Assembly: GCA_963820775.1 (NCBI GenBank)
Contig: CAWGBF010000013.1
Span: 168,258 to 232,257 of the forward strand
DNA from: an uncultured Alphaproteobacteria bacterium
GTDB taxonomy: Bacteria; Pseudomonadota; Alphaproteobacteria; Rhizobiales; Beijerinckiaceae
Direction: 5' to 3'
Length of the DNA: 64,000 nt
Part shown: positions 62,129-64,000 of the stretch, piece by piece
Numbering within the stretch: the first letter of the stretch is position 1
How the letters are laid out: every line of letters begins with the position of its first letter
Position numbers and translations under genes: made by a program
Notes under the pieces: generated by a model
Database searches by the model: none
Told to the model about the DNA's origin: nothing
Seen by the model: the letters and a program-made list of their open reading frames with translations, nothing else

Positions 62129-62754
62129 CCTTTGGTCGGAGGGACTTTAAACGCGACGAAGGCTAAGCAGTGACTTTCCAGCGACTCCCCAACAACTTGA
62201 ATGTTGACGGCGCCAGCCGAGTCCAGAGTGTCGGTAATAGGTTCATGGTAGGCGATGATCTGACTCCGCACAGTTGATCGTGGGTCGGACAGATATCCAG
62301 AAACCAAACCTCCTCGCGTGGTAGATCTAACAAGATTTTCCACTAGCCGATGATAATCATTAGCAACATGTTGATGTATCAACACTTCAAGGCAAAGAAC
62401 AACATCAGATTTAAATTTGATAGACTCCGTTGCGTCCGTGAAATCCGCACTAACAAACGCCTTACCGGCAAACCTAGTCGAATTTTCTTTGACAATGATT
62501 TCGGACACATCAATGCCAACATATCTTGCGTGCAATTCTAGTTCCGCGATAACTTTATGATCGCCGCAGCCAATATCGAGAATACTTTCTGGTCTCATTG
62601 ATTCCAGGAAGGTCTTGATAATGGTGCGCTTGCGGAGAAGGTTCTCACCCCGGGAACCAATCCCTGAACCTAAGATTGGATTCTCCGTATAGCGCCTATC
62701 CCAAAAGTCTCGATTACAAAAATTTTTGTCGTTATCAAATCGGCCGCCCTGCAT
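62125..62754 (-). CDS. Class I SAM-dependent methyltransferase
   Basis: FWDRRY...GSGIGSRG, SILDIGCGD, YVGIDVS, VVLCLEVLIH. Confidence 0.82.
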   Translation of the reverse strand: MQGGRFDNDKNFCNRDFWDRRYTENPILGSGIGSRGENLLRKRTIIKTFLESMRPESILDIGCGDHKVIAELELHARYVGIDVSEIIVKENSTRFAGKAFVSADFTDATESIKFKSDVVLCLEVLIHQHVANDYHRLVENLVRSTTRGGLVSGYLSDPRSTVRSQIIAYHEPITDTLDSAGAVNIQVVGESLESHCLAFVAFKVPPTKG

Positions 62755-62763
62755 TTTCGCCCC

Positions 62764-63822
62764 CTACCGCGACCAGAAGGGATTTAAGAATTTGTCGTAG
62801 TGTTCGCGAGTCGAGTGCAGCTCTGCAATTTTCTTTGTAGCATCCAAAATCGCTCTGTTTAAACGCTCTAGGCTATCCGCCATGTCTTCGGAAAGTCCAT
62901 CGGACTTTAGCGTTCGATCTGCATTAAAACGCTCAGGAAAGCTTGGGATATGACCAGTCGTGAGATGCACGGCAATGCAGCTTGATACCTCTTCAAGGAG
63001 ACGAAGAATCGTGTTCACTTGAGGCGGAAGAAATTCGACATCTTCCCCAAGCTCTTCGAGCGCTAAAGCGAACGCAACCTGATCAATATGAACCGCCCAG
63101 CGGCCCAGCAAATTTCGATTTTCGACGAGCCAAAGAGCCCACTTCTTCCACCTTCGTGCTAATTCGTTCGCGCGCCCGCTGGGCGCCACAATTATACCAG
63201 CTGACACATTATTGATATGCGTTTCGCGTCTCCCGTCAATGCCTTTGAAGAGCGAGATACCTGGTCTATAGGGCCGGTTCAGTCCGCTCTCAAGTAAAAT
63301 AGTTCTAAATATATGTGCTGGTGGATTACAACCATTATTCGGCGCCGCACGAAAACGGTCGGACTTGAGAAGGCCAATTGGGTCGTCTACAAAAAACAGA
63401 TCTGTATCACATACCGCGATTAGGTCGGTTAAGTGATTATAAAAAAATGGAGCGATCTTGTTGGCATGGGGAGACCCTTCGACGACAGTGTCAGTCCGTT
63501 GAATCGAAATCCCTAAGCTTTCGACCCACGCAACCAAATCTGAAGGCACATCGCCAACTGTATAAACAATACATCGAAACGTGTCATGGGGAAGGTGCCG
63601 TCGTGCGCAAAGGGCCCATAGAACGAGCTCCACGTGAAAACGTGGATGTTCGTCGACAACACAGCACAATGTGCATGTTGGTGCCCTTTCCGATCGCTCA
63701 GCGGTATACCTCGCAGAGAGAGCGGCGGAGACCCAGCTTTTTCGAAAGTATCCCTTTATAGTCAAACCAAGCTCCATAGAACCGTGATGCCAGCCCTCGG
63801 ACGCCAAGACCTCAGCCGCCAT
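62764..63822 (-). CDS. Hypothetical protein, GT-A glycosyltransferase-like
   Basis: HANKIAP..., AVCDTD (DxD), HIDQVAFALA; low-GC glycan-locus context. Confidence 0.5.
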   Translation of the reverse strand: MAAEVLASEGWHHGSMELGLTIKGYFRKSWVSAALSARYTAERSERAPTCTLCCVVDEHPRFHVELVLWALCARRHLPHDTFRCIVYTVGDVPSDLVAWVESLGISIQRTDTVVEGSPHANKIAPFFYNHLTDLIAVCDTDLFFVDDPIGLLKSDRFRAAPNNGCNPPAHIFRTILLESGLNRPYRPGISLFKGIDGRRETHINNVSAGIIVAPSGRANELARRWKKWALWLVENRNLLGRWAVHIDQVAFALALEELGEDVEFLPPQVNTILRLLEEVSSCIAVHLTTGHIPSFPERFNADRTLKSDGLSEDMADSLERLNRAILDATKKIAELHSTREHYDKFLNPFWSR

Positions 63823-64000
63823 TGTCTCTCAGGGTTTTACATCTTGCCCGCGACTTTTCTATATTACTGGGCATCAGGAGCATCTGAGATCCATATCCGA
63901 TGGGTGATTCGATGGTGATGACCTTCTTATACTCAGTCCCAGGATCTAAACCAAAGGACTGGATTACTTCGAACGGTAGCGGGGTCGACGTGTTCATCTT
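63812..64000 (-). CDS. C-terminal part of a hypothetical protein running off the window
   Basis: Open frame overlapping the start of the 62764-63822 gene; no recognisable motif. Confidence 0.35.
   Translation of the reverse strand, partial: KMNTSTPLPFEVIQSFGLDPGTEYKKVITIESPIGYGSQMLLMPSNIEKSRARCKTLRDNGG

Overview
High-GC alphaproteobacterial chromosome segment (Hyphomicrobiales-like, inferred from gyrB/secA/mutM and the intergenic palindromes). The main result is at the left end (1 to ~5.9 kb, possibly to ~9.7 kb): a partial casposon. It consists of an HNH/Zn-finger gene missing from the ORF track, translationally coupled to a ~1476-aa family B DNA polymerase. The polymerase gene converges on a solo Cas1 with intact catalytic motifs; no cas2 or CRISPR array is present in the window. 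The Cas1 has an unusual N-terminal extension resembling an IS21 IstA helix-turn-helix. Next to it is an AT-richer Schlafen/AlbA-NACHT-HEAT gene, a candidate anti-phage NLR-like protein. The middle holds core genes (gyrB, prmC, secA, mutM), an IS1111-type IS110 element with a long 3' non-coding end, a TRAP/PaaK/DpgC-like module, amidase/racemase/ABC genes and ureide genes. A guanidine-carboxylase operon follows, with a creatininase-like hydrolase, a type III glutamine synthetase-like ligase, a NikR-like regulator lacking two metal ligands, and a matching palindromic operator. The right end is an IS-disrupted (IS630, IS5, IS256) surface-glycan modification region. At least seven single-base indels in short homopolymers suggest sequencing errors, so several 'pseudogene' calls are tentative. 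All protein assignments come from motif recognition by eye; no searches were run.
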